A stretch of 64,000 nt of DNA from Candidatus Palauibacter rhopaloidicola (GTDB taxonomy: Bacteria > Gemmatimonadota > Gemmatimonadetes > Palauibacterales > Palauibacteraceae). The notes beneath the pieces were generated by a model. It saw only the letters and a list, made by a program, of their open reading frames with translations, did no database searches and was not told where the DNA came from. The stretch is from NCBI GenBank assembly GCA_026914155.1, contig JAPPGH010000020.1, positions 1,068 to 65,067 on the forward strand, given 5' to 3'. Within the stretch, counting starts at the first letter, position 1. Each line of letters begins with the position of its first letter. Positions 26,740-34,860 of this stretch are shown here, in pieces. The translations under genes and the position numbers were made by a program.

Positions 26740-28395
26740 ATGAAACCACCCGTCGCCGAGGTTCAGCAGGGCGCAGATCCCGGCATTCCACGTCCCGGCA
26801 ACGAACCTGTCTACGACTACGCCCCGGGCAGTCCCGAACGGGCCGCCCTCAAGGAGGAGTTGCTCCGCCAGCGGGGCGAGGTCGTCGAGATTCCGCTGAT
26901 CATCGGCGGACGCGAGGTTCGGACTTCGAAGACCTTCGACGTGACGATGCCGCACGACCACGGCCACGCGCTGGCCCGCTGCCACATCGCCGGGGCCGCG
27001 GAGGCGCAGGCCGCCATCGACGCCTCGCGCGAGGCCTGGGCGGAGTGGTCGAACCGGGCCTGGGAGGACCGCGCCGCGATTCTCCTCCGCGCCGCCGAAC
27101 TGCTCGCCGGCCCGTGGAGGATGAAGCTCAACGCCGCGACCATGCTCGGGCAGAGCAAGACGGCGTTCCAAGCCGAGATCGACGCCGCGTGCGAGATCGT
27201 CGATTTCTGGCGCTTCAACTCCTTCTTCGCGGGGCGCGTGCATGCCGAGCAGCCGATCTCCGGACCGGGCGTGCGGAACCGCATGGACCACCGTCCACTC
27301 GAGGGGTTCGTCTACGCCATCAGCCCGTTCAACTTCACGGCCATCGGGGCCAACCTGACGACGTCTCCCGCGCTCATGGGAAACGTCGCGGTCTGGAAGC
27401 CTTCGACCACCGGCGTGCTCGGGTCCTGGTACGTGATGAAGCTCCTCGAGGCGGCGGGGCTCCCGCCGGGCGTGATCAACTTCATTCCGGGCGTCGCTTC
27501 GGAGATCAGCGATGTCCTGCTGTCGAGCCCGGAACTCGGCGGCATCCACTTCACGGGTTCGACCGGCACCTTCCAGCATCTCTGGAAGTCCGTCGCGCAG
27601 AACGTGGAGAATTACCGCGCCTATCCGAGGCTCGTCGGCGAGACGGGCGGAAAGGACTTCATCGTCGCGCACGAGAGCGCGGACCCGCAGGCGCTCGCGG
27701 TCGCGATCGTGCAGGGCGGCTTCGAGTACCAGGGGCAGAAGTGCTCGGCGACCTCGCGCGTGTACGTGCCCGACACGATGTGGGAGGACGTGCGCGACCG
27801 GGTCGTCGCGATGACCAGCGAACTTCGGATGGGAGACCCGACCGACTTCCGGAACTTCCTCGGCGCGGTGATCGACCGGCCGGCGTTCGACCGCATCAAG
27901 TCGTACATCGACTACGCCCGCGAGTCCGGCGATGCGCGCATCCTCGCCGGCGGCGGCTGCGATGACAGCCGGGGCTACTTCATCGAGCCCACCCTGGTGG
28001 AAGCGGACGATCCCGGGCACCGGCTGATGTGCGAGGAGATCTTCGGCCCGGTCGTCACCCTCCATGCGTACCGGGCGTCGGACTGGGAATCCACGCTCGC
28101 CCTGGTCGACGGGACCTCCCCGTACGCCCTCACGGGCGCGGTGTTCGCGCGCGACCCGGAGGCCCTCCGAAGCGCGGGCGCGGCGCTTCGGAACGCGGCG
28201 GGGAACTACTACATCAACGACAAACCCTCCGGCGCGGTGGTCGGCCAGCAGCCCTTCGGCGGCGGCCGCGCGAGCGGCACGAACGACAAGGCCGGATCCG
28301 TTCTGAACCTCGTGCGCTGGGTCTCCCCCCGAACGATCAAGGAGACCTTCGATCCGCCCACCGACTACCGGTATCCCTTCATGGAGGCGGAGTAG
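26740..28395 (+). CDS. pruA: L-glutamate gamma-semialdehyde (1-pyrroline-5-carboxylate) dehydrogenase
   Basis: ALDH superfamily: GETGGKD, catalytic GQKCSA, FGGGRASGTNDK. The N-terminal region is of the long P5CDH type. ATG at 26740 lies inside ORF 26101..28395. Confidence 0.8.
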   Translation: MKPPVAEVQQGADPGIPRPGNEPVYDYAPGSPERAALKEELLRQRGEVVEIPLIIGGREVRTSKTFDVTMPHDHGHALARCHIAGAAEAQAAIDASREAWAEWSNRAWEDRAAILLRAAELLAGPWRMKLNAATMLGQSKTAFQAEIDAACEIVDFWRFNSFFAGRVHAEQPISGPGVRNRMDHRPLEGFVYAISPFNFTAIGANLTTSPALMGNVAVWKPSTTGVLGSWYVMKLLEAAGLPPGVINFIPGVASEISDVLLSSPELGGIHFTGSTGTFQHLWKSVAQNVENYRAYPRLVGETGGKDFIVAHESADPQALAVAIVQGGFEYQGQKCSATSRVYVPDTMWEDVRDRVVAMTSELRMGDPTDFRNFLGAVIDRPAFDRIKSYIDYARESGDARILAGGGCDDSRGYFIEPTLVEADDPGHRLMCEEIFGPVVTLHAYRASDWESTLALVDGTSPYALTGAVFARDPEALRSAGAALRNAAGNYYINDKPSGAVVGQQPFGGGRASGTNDKAGSVLNLVRWVSPRTIKETFDPPTDYRYPFMEAE

Positions 28396-28460
28396 AGAGT
28401 AGATTCAGGGTTCGCCCGCCGGGTGGAAGACCCGGCCGGGGCGGGAGAGGCGCGACGGTA

Positions 28461-29399
28461 ATGGGACGTTTCACAGACGAGGAACTGCAGCGGAAGGTGC
28501 AGGAAGGGTTCATCGTCGAGTCCGAAGAGGACATGACGGAGACCTACAAGCGGGCGCTGATCACGCAGCTCACCGTCCAGGGCGACACGGAGCTGATCAG
28601 CGCGCCGGCGTACTTCATGGCCGCCCGCGACGCGCCGTCCACGAACACGATGGTCTCGGCCACGGCGATCATCCAGGACGAACTGGGGCACGCGAACATC
28701 GCCTACCGCCTGCTTGAGGATCTCGGCGTCGACCGCCACTGGCTGCTCTACGAGCGGGAACCCGCCCACTTCAAGCACCCCTACGGCTTCGACCAGCCGC
28801 TCATGAACTGGGCCGAGCTGGTTTCGGCGAACGCGCTGTACGACCGGGCCGGGATCACGCTGCTGGGCGACGTACACCGCAACACGAGCTACGGACCGCT
28901 CAAGCGCGGCCTCGTCAAGGTGAGCATGGAGGAGAACTTCCACCTGCGGCACGGCGAGGTCTGGATCCGCCGCTTCGCCGAGGCGGGAGGCGCCGCGAAG
29001 GAAGCGGTGCAGCGGACGCTCGACTGGATGTTTCCGATGGGCGTGGAGTGGTTCGGGATGCCCGACGACCGCAAGCACCACAACGCGCAACTCGACTTCC
29101 GCCTCAAGGGGATGACGAACGACCAGCTCCGCCGGACCTGGCTCAAGGCGGTCGTGCCGCTGTGCGAGGAGCTGGGGTACGACCTTCCGGCGCAGTACGA
29201 CCCCGACACGGACGAAGTGGAGCTGACCTACGAGCTTCCCTGCCAGTACGACCCGGACGCGCGGCGCTGGCTCTTCAATGAGACGATCACCTGGAAGCAG
29301 GTGTTCGAACGGTGGAAGGCGCGCGGCCCGATGAACGAGCAGTACGTCGATTCCCTGCGGAGAAGCCGGTTCGCGGTCGAGCGGCTGCTCGCGGCATGA
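28461..29399 (+). CDS. paaA: 1,2-phenylacetyl-CoA epoxidase subunit A-like di-iron oxygenase
   Basis: Ferritin-like di-iron ligand blocks (QDELGHA, MEENFHLRHG), with overall PaaA length and order. ATG at 28461 lies inside ORF 28029..29399. Confidence 0.8.
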   Translation: MGRFTDEELQRKVQEGFIVESEEDMTETYKRALITQLTVQGDTELISAPAYFMAARDAPSTNTMVSATAIIQDELGHANIAYRLLEDLGVDRHWLLYEREPAHFKHPYGFDQPLMNWAELVSANALYDRAGITLLGDVHRNTSYGPLKRGLVKVSMEENFHLRHGEVWIRRFAEAGGAAKEAVQRTLDWMFPMGVEWFGMPDDRKHHNAQLDFRLKGMTNDQLRRTWLKAVVPLCEELGYDLPAQYDPDTDEVELTYELPCQYDPDARRWLFNETITWKQVFERWKARGPMNEQYVDSLRRSRFAVERLLAA

Positions 29400-29421
29400 A
29401 GACAGCTGCTCGCGGCATGAA
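29384..29421 (+). repeat. 21-bp-period direct duplication across the paaA stop / next-gene start
   Basis: GCTGCTCGCGGCATGAA occurs at 29384-29400 and again at 29405-29421. Each copy carries an in-frame ATG for the downstream DUF59 gene (29396 and 29417). Confidence 0.9.
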
Positions 29422-29878
29422 CGCCGACGCCCCGGCGCGCGGCGTGGCGGGCCCGCGGTCCCTTCCGCGGTACGAGGCGGGCATGGATTTCGGCGCCGTG
29501 CTCCGGGAGACGCGCGGCGGACGGGAACTGCCGCCCCCTCCCGCGTTCGCCGAACCCGCGGCCGACCTCGCGGAGCGGGCGCGGCGGGCGCTCTACGAGG
29601 TCGCGGATCCGGAGTTCCCGATTTCGATCGTCGACCTCGGGCTCGTACGCGGCGTCGAGGGGGACGAGGAGGCGGGGTCCGTCACCGTCCACCTCACCTT
29701 CACGGCCACCGCCTGCCCTTGCATGGACTTCATCGAATGGGACGTGCGGCAGCGCCTCCTGGAGATGGACGGGGTCCGGCAGGTCGAGATCGTGACCGGG
29801 TGGGATCCTCCGTGGACGACGGCCGCCATCTCCGCGCGCGGACGGAGGCTTCTGCGCTCCGTCGGAGTCGTCACGTGA
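29396..29878 (+). CDS. paaD: DUF59 / PaaD N-terminal-domain protein (Fe-S assembly MIP18-like)
   Basis: VADPEFPISIVDLGLV...TFTATACPCMD...DPPWT matches the DUF59 core of PaaD. ATGA overlap with paaA and GTGA overlap with paaB. It lacks the C-terminal Zn ribbon. Confidence 0.7.
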   Translation: MKTAARGMNADAPARGVAGPRSLPRYEAGMDFGAVLRETRGGRELPPPPAFAEPAADLAERARRALYEVADPEFPISIVDLGLVRGVEGDEEAGSVTVHLTFTATACPCMDFIEWDVRQRLLEMDGVRQVEIVTGWDPPWTTAAISARGRRLLRSVGVVT

Positions 29879-30123
29879 GCGGAAACGGACGGGTGTACGA
29901 GGTGTTCGCGCGCAAGAAGCGGGCCGACCGCTTCGAGCACGTGGGCGCCGTGTCGGCCCCCAACGAGCAGTTGGCGCGCGTCTACGCGTGGCAGACGTAC
30001 GATGAGGCGAAGTGGTTCGAAATGACCGTCGCTCGGCGCGATGCGTTCGCGGCGGTGAACCGGCCGCAGGCCCCGTTCACGCTCGGCGAGCCGGGCGGGC
30101 GGGCGTCGGCGGATTCGCGATGA
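29875..30123 (+). CDS. paaB: 1,2-phenylacetyl-CoA epoxidase subunit B-like
   Basis: 82 aa. YEVFARKKRADRFEHVGAVSAPNEQLARVYAWQTYDE matches the PaaB pattern. GTG start at 29875. Confidence 0.75.
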   Translation: MSGNGRVYEVFARKKRADRFEHVGAVSAPNEQLARVYAWQTYDEAKWFEMTVARRDAFAAVNRPQAPFTLGEPGGRASADSR

Positions 30124-30944
30124 CGGAGAGCGGTTTCCGGTCGGCCGAGGACCTGCCGGAGGGGGTTTCCGGGCACCTCGCCAGCCTCATTCTCGCCCTC
30201 GCAGACAACAAGCGGCTGCTCGGGATCCGCTACTCGGACTGGATTCTCGGGGCGCCCTCGGTCGAGGCCGGCATCGCCTGCTCCGCCATGGCGCAGGACG
30301 AGTGGGGGCACGCCCGCATCCTCTACGCGATGCTGCGCGACTTCGGCCACGACCCGTCCGTCCTCGAGCACGAACGCCCGTCCGACGAATACCACAGCTC
30401 CGAACTGCTCGACCGGGACGTCGAATCGTGGGAGGCGTTCCTCGCCCTCAACTTCCTGTGGGACACGGCGCTCTCGGTCCAGTTCGAGATGCTGGTCGAG
30501 AGCCGCTACGAGCCGATCCACTACAAGGTGCGCAAGCTGCTCGAGGAAGAGCGGTTCCACTTCGATCACGGACAGGGGTGGACCCGCCGACTGCTGAGCG
30601 CCGAGGGCGGGCGGGCGGCGCTGGCCGAAGCCTTCGGAGCGGCCTGGAACGCGTGTCTGTGCGGGTTCGGCCCCGACGACGACCCGCTCAGCGGGACGCT
30701 CGCCGCGCACGGAATCGTACGGCGCGATGCCGCCGGGGCGCGGGCGCGCTGGCTGGAACGCGTGGGTCCGGTCGCCGCGGAGACCGGCCTGGCGCGCGAC
30801 GCCGGATCGGAGTGGGTCAGCACGCGCAAACCCGTCTGGGAGGACCGTTGGCTCCTGCGCCGGCGGGCGGTGGAGGGCGGCCCCGATGACGATTCCCTCG
30901 CCCGGGTCCGGGGCGACCGTAACCGAGAACTCCTGATGGACTGA
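30120..30944 (+). CDS. paaC: 1,2-phenylacetyl-CoA epoxidase subunit C-like
   Basis: Ferritin-like fold: ADNKRLLGIRYSDW, QDEWGHARILY, EERFHFDHG. ATGA overlap with paaB. Confidence 0.75.
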   Translation: MTESGFRSAEDLPEGVSGHLASLILALADNKRLLGIRYSDWILGAPSVEAGIACSAMAQDEWGHARILYAMLRDFGHDPSVLEHERPSDEYHSSELLDRDVESWEAFLALNFLWDTALSVQFEMLVESRYEPIHYKVRKLLEEERFHFDHGQGWTRRLLSAEGGRAALAEAFGAAWNACLCGFGPDDDPLSGTLAAHGIVRRDAAGARARWLERVGPVAAETGLARDAGSEWVSTRKPVWEDRWLLRRRAVEGGPDDDSLARVRGDRNRELLMD

Positions 30945-30949
30945 AGTCC

Positions 30950-31189
30950 ATGCCCGACGGCACGAAGCACGACAGCGTGAAGCACGACGGCGCGAGAGGC
31001 GGTGCCCCGCCGCAGCGGTCCCCGCTCGACGACCCCGTCGAATCGTCCGGCATGCCGGCATCGGTCCCCTGCCCCTTCTGCGACTCGGACGACTCCGACC
31101 CGTTCGCGACCTTCGGGGGGCAGGCGTCGACCGCCCAGTACTACTGCAACGCCTGCCGAACCGTCTTCGAAGCCCTGAGGTGGCGCTGA
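30950..31189 (+). CDS. stand-alone Zn-ribbon protein equivalent to the PaaD C-terminal domain
   Basis: CPFCDSDDSDPFATFGGQASTAQYYCNACRTVFEALRW aligns by eye with the E. coli PaaD tail CPRC..x..FGSTACKALYRCxSCRxPFxYFK. An internal ATG at 31052 is an alternative start. Confidence 0.6.
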   Translation: MPDGTKHDSVKHDGARGGAPPQRSPLDDPVESSGMPASVPCPFCDSDDSDPFATFGGQASTAQYYCNACRTVFEALRWR

Positions 31190-31367
31190 ACTGCTAGCTC
31201 TGGAGCCCGGCCTCCATCGCGGACGAGTCCCGCCGCTCGCCCCCTTCGCCAGCGCGCTGGCCGCGTTCGCGGCGGGAGAGTCCGATCCCGGCCTTCGGCT
31301 GCGCAGCAGCCTCGGCGACGATGCGTCGCTGCCCGCGAGGTTCTTCTTCCGGACGCCGGATCGGTGG

Positions 31368-31934
31368 ATGGACTTCGAGCGCCAAGCGGTCGAGTTGTGC
31401 CGCGGCCGGGTGCTCGACCTCGGGGCCGGCGCGGGACCGCACACGCTCGCGCTCGAGGCGCTGGGATTCTCCGTCGTCGCGGTGGAAGGCTCCGCCGAGG
31501 TCGCTCGCCTGCTGCGGGAGCGCGGCGCGGCGTCGGTCCTGCACGCGGACTTCCGGCACTGGTGGCGACCGGGCTTCGACACGGTCCTCATGCTCATGAA
31601 CGGGCTCGGGCCGGTCGGAACGCTGGCAGGCCTCGACCGCTTCCTCGCGCACGCCCACCGGTTCCTTTCCCCGGGCGGACAGATCCTGGTCGACGGCGCG
31701 GAGGCCGTCCTTCGCGGACCCACGGCGACGGCGGGCTGGCCGCCTGCCGGCGGGTATCCGGGCCAGGCCTGGATCGAACTCTCGCACGCGGGCCGGGTCG
31801 GCCGGCCCTTTCGCGAGTTGTACATCGATCCCGAGACGCTCACGCGCCACGCCGCGCGGGCCGGCTGGCGGCTGGAGGTCGCGTTCGAGGGCGGGGACGG
31901 AGTCTATCTGGCCCGTCTCACCAGACCGTCCTGA
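31368..31934 (+). CDS. class I SAM-dependent methyltransferase
   Basis: Motif I VLDLGAGAGPH, plus acidic post-I and motif II/III blocks. The frame stays open 63 codons upstream to 31179 without any ATG/GTG/TTG (see findings). Confidence 0.7.
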   Translation: MDFERQAVELCRGRVLDLGAGAGPHTLALEALGFSVVAVEGSAEVARLLRERGAASVLHADFRHWWRPGFDTVLMLMNGLGPVGTLAGLDRFLAHAHRFLSPGGQILVDGAEAVLRGPTATAGWPPAGGYPGQAWIELSHAGRVGRPFRELYIDPETLTRHAARAGWRLEVAFEGGDGVYLARLTRPS

Positions 31935-32087
31935 CCTTCCGGGACATCAGCGGGACGGCGGGGCGCCTGCCAACCATTTCCGCGATTCCGGAGTCGAACG
32001 TTCAGGAACCGGGAGAAACTTTCTCTCATTTCTTCCGTATCACGAGGTAAGATCGCAGTCGCCGATTCAGAGGAAGGGACGGGTCAC

Positions 32088-32294
32088 ATGGACAGGTTTT
32101 CGAAATGGGCGACCACGGGCTCTCTGGCTTGGCTGGTGATGGCGGTGGGGTTGATTCTGGGCACACACAGCGGGTCGGTGCAGGGCGCGCAGGCGGCCGG
32201 GACCGAGGCCACTCCGGCGATCGCACCGTGCCCTGAGACCCCCGTCGCGGCGGCCCCCGCGACCGCGGATTTCACCGCCCACAAGAGGTCCTGA
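32088..32294 (+). CDS. hypothetical small secreted protein (68 aa)
   Basis: GAGGAAGGGA SD-like stretch about 8 nt upstream. Signal-peptide-like N-terminus ending VQGAQA. Ala/Pro-rich tail with one Cys. A strong intrinsic terminator follows. Confidence 0.45.
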   Translation: MDRFSKWATTGSLAWLVMAVGLILGTHSGSVQGAQAAGTEATPAIAPCPETPVAAAPATADFTAHKRS

Positions 32295-32328
32295 GCGGCG
32301 CGGGGTTGCTCCGCGACGCCGCCCCGTC

Positions 32329-32364
32329 GGGCCGGGTCCGTACCGGGACCCGGCCCTTTTTTTT
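32329..32364 (+). terminator. Rho-independent terminator
   Basis: An 11-bp perfect GC-rich stem, GGGCCGGGTCC / GGACCCGGCCC (32329-32339 / 32346-32356), with a 6-nt loop, followed by T8 (32357-32364). Confidence 0.85.
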
Positions 32365-32376
32365 AGGTTCCCTCCC

Positions 32377-34860
32377 ATGCCGCAACGAGAGCGTCCCGAT
32401 TTCATCCGTCAGATCGTCGCCGAAGATGTCCTGAGCGGGCGGCACGGGGGGCGTGTGCTCACGCGCTTTCCGCCCGAACCCAACGGCTTCCTTCACGTGG
32501 GTCACGCCTCCGCCATCTGCCTCGACTTCGAGGTGGCGCGGGAGCACGGCGGCCGTACGACGCTGCGCATGGACGACACGAACCCGACGACGGAGGATCC
32601 GTCCTACGTCGAGGCGATCGCGCGGGACATCCGCTGGCTGGGGTTCGAGTGGGACGGCGAGATCCGCTACGCGTCGGACTACTTCGGGGCGCTGTACCGG
32701 ATGGCGCTGCGGATGATCGAGGACGGCTTCGCCTACGTCGACAGCCTGTCCGAGGAGGAGATCCGCGCGCACCGCGGGTCGGTGCGCGAACCCAGCCGGC
32801 CCAGCCCGTACCGGGATCGCTCGACCGAGGAGAACCTGGATCTCTTCCGGCGCATGCGCGCGGGCGAGTTCGATGATGGAGAGCACGTGCTCCGCGCGCG
32901 GATCGACCTCGCCTCGTCGAACATGAAGCTGCGCGACCCGCTGATGTATCGAATCCGGCACGCGCACCACTACCGGACGGGCGATGCGTGGCCGATCTAC
33001 CCCTTCTACGACTGGGCGCACGGCCAGTCCGACGCCATCGAGGGCATCACGCACTCCTTCTGCACGCTCGAGTTCCAGGACAATCGCGCGCTCTACGACT
33101 GGTTCATCGAGCACACGCGCCCCGCTTCCGCCCGCATCGACCGCGTACCGGGGGCGGAGGGCGGCGGCGGAGACGCGCTCGGCTCCTGGGACCCGCGGCC
33201 CCGCCAGTACGAGTTCGCGCGCCGCAACCTCGACTACACGATCGTAAGCAAGCGGAAACTCCTCCTGCTCGTGGAGGAGGGACACGTCTCGGGCTGGGAC
33301 GATCCGCGCATGCCCACGCTGGCCGGCCTGCGGCGCCGAGGCATTCCCCCCGATGCGATACGCGCCTTCTGTCGGCAGGTCGGGATCGGGAAGGCCGACA
33401 ACCGGGTGGAGATCGCCACGCTAGAGTGGGCGGTGCGGGAGGCGCTGAACCGGCGGGCGCCGCGCGCGCTCGCGGTGCTTCGTCCGCTCGAAGTCGTCAT
33501 CGAGAACTGCCCGGAGGACGAGGTGGACTGGATCGAGGCCCCGTACTTTCCGCGCGGCGCCGATGCCCCGCCGGAGGGATGGCCCGAAACGAGGAAGGTC
33601 CCGTTCACCCGCGTCCTCTACATCGAGCGGGACGATTTCGCGGAGGAGCCGGCCCCCGGCTTCCGCCGGCTCGCCCCGGGGCGCGAGGTGCGCCTGCGGC
33701 ACGGCTATTTCATCACGTGCCGCAGCGTGGAGAAGGACGACGCCGGCGAGATCGTGCGCCTGCGCTGCACGTACGACCCGGAGACGCGAAGCGGATCGGC
33801 ACCCGACGGGCGTCGGCCGGCGGGCACCATCCACTGGGTGTCGGCCACGGAGTCGGTGCCGCTGGAGGTCCGCCTCTACGACCGCCTGTTCCGCGTCTCC
33901 GATCCGGCCGGCGGCGGCGAGGGCCTGCGCGCGAGCCTCAACCCGGACTCGCTGCAGGTCCTGACCGACGCGCGCGGCGAGCCGAGCCTGGCCGGCGATC
34001 CCGGTCCGGAGGGCGATCCGCCGGGGACGGCCTGGCAGTTCGAGCGGCTGGGGTACTTCGTCGCGGACCGGGCCACACGAGCCGGGACGGCGGACGCGAC
34101 GGCGGACGCGGGCGGCGAAGCTCCGGACGGCGGCCCGCTCGTCTTCAACCGGACGGTGACGCTCCGCGACGCCTGGAGCCGACGGGCGAAGTCGGACGCC
34201 TCCCGCGACACCGACGCCGGGGAGGCGCGGACTACGGTGAAAGACCGGTCGTCCGAGCCCGAGACTCCCGGGATCGACTCGGCGCGGGAAGCCCGCGATG
34301 CCGCGAGGCGGGCCGACCCCGCGCTCCAGGCGGCCTTCGACCGCTTCCGGGAGCCGCTGGGCCTGCCGGACGAACTCGCCGACCTGCTCAGTGGTTCCGC
34401 CGAGTCGGTGCGCTATTATGAGCGCGCGATCCGCGGCGGAGTGGATTCGGCCGCCGTCGCGACCTGGCTCGTGCATGAGGTCCGCGGCGCCGGGGGCAGC
34501 GAAGGCGACGCGGGCGCCCTCGAGCCGGAGGCGCTGTCCGAGCTGGTGGAACTCGTCCTCGAGCGCTCGATCTCGCGGGCGGTGGCGAAGTCGCTGCTGG
34601 CGCGGCTCGTGGAGGACGGCGGAAGCCCCCGGGAGATCGTCCGGCGCGAGGGGCTGGGCCGGATCGGCGACGCGGAGCAGATTCGCGAGGTCGTGCGCGG
34701 TGTCGTGGCGGCCCACCCGGCCGAGGTGGCGCGCTATGCCGCCGGGCACACCGGCCTCGCCGGTTTTTTTGTGGGCCAGGTCATGCGCGCGACGCACGGA
34801 CGCGCGGACCCGGCCATCGTGAGGGAACTCCTTGAGGAGAGTCTCAATGACGCGACGTGA
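32377..34860 (+). CDS. glnS: glutaminyl-tRNA synthetase fused to a C-terminal YqeY/GatB-like domain
   Basis: HIGH (FLHVGH), the KMSKS variant (VSKRKL), and the core ending at FERLGYFVADR (aa ~555). This is followed by a low-complexity linker of about 90 aa and a C-terminal helical domain of about 180 aa (..RREGLGRIGDAEQIREVVRGVVAAHPAEVARYAAGHTGLAGFFVGQVMRATHGRADP..) typical of GatB_Yqey. Confidence 0.85.
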   Translation: MPQRERPDFIRQIVAEDVLSGRHGGRVLTRFPPEPNGFLHVGHASAICLDFEVAREHGGRTTLRMDDTNPTTEDPSYVEAIARDIRWLGFEWDGEIRYASDYFGALYRMALRMIEDGFAYVDSLSEEEIRAHRGSVREPSRPSPYRDRSTEENLDLFRRMRAGEFDDGEHVLRARIDLASSNMKLRDPLMYRIRHAHHYRTGDAWPIYPFYDWAHGQSDAIEGITHSFCTLEFQDNRALYDWFIEHTRPASARIDRVPGAEGGGGDALGSWDPRPRQYEFARRNLDYTIVSKRKLLLLVEEGHVSGWDDPRMPTLAGLRRRGIPPDAIRAFCRQVGIGKADNRVEIATLEWAVREALNRRAPRALAVLRPLEVVIENCPEDEVDWIEAPYFPRGADAPPEGWPETRKVPFTRVLYIERDDFAEEPAPGFRRLAPGREVRLRHGYFITCRSVEKDDAGEIVRLRCTYDPETRSGSAPDGRRPAGTIHWVSATESVPLEVRLYDRLFRVSDPAGGGEGLRASLNPDSLQVLTDARGEPSLAGDPGPEGDPPGTAWQFERLGYFVADRATRAGTADATADAGGEAPDGGPLVFNRTVTLRDAWSRRAKSDASRDTDAGEARTTVKDRSSEPETPGIDSAREARDAARRADPALQAAFDRFREPLGLPDELADLLSGSAESVRYYERAIRGGVDSAAVATWLVHEVRGAGGSEGDAGALEPEALSELVELVLERSISRAVAKSLLARLVEDGGSPREIVRREGLGRIGDAEQIREVVRGVVAAHPAEVARYAAGHTGLAGFFVGQVMRATHGRADPAIVRELLEESLNDAT

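Noticed and set aside
32088-32364. Classical leader-peptide attenuation controlling glnS.
   Set aside because: The upstream ORF is 68 aa with a signal-peptide-like N-terminus and only two Gln codons, so it is not a short Gln-rich leader. I saw no alternative antiterminator pairing.
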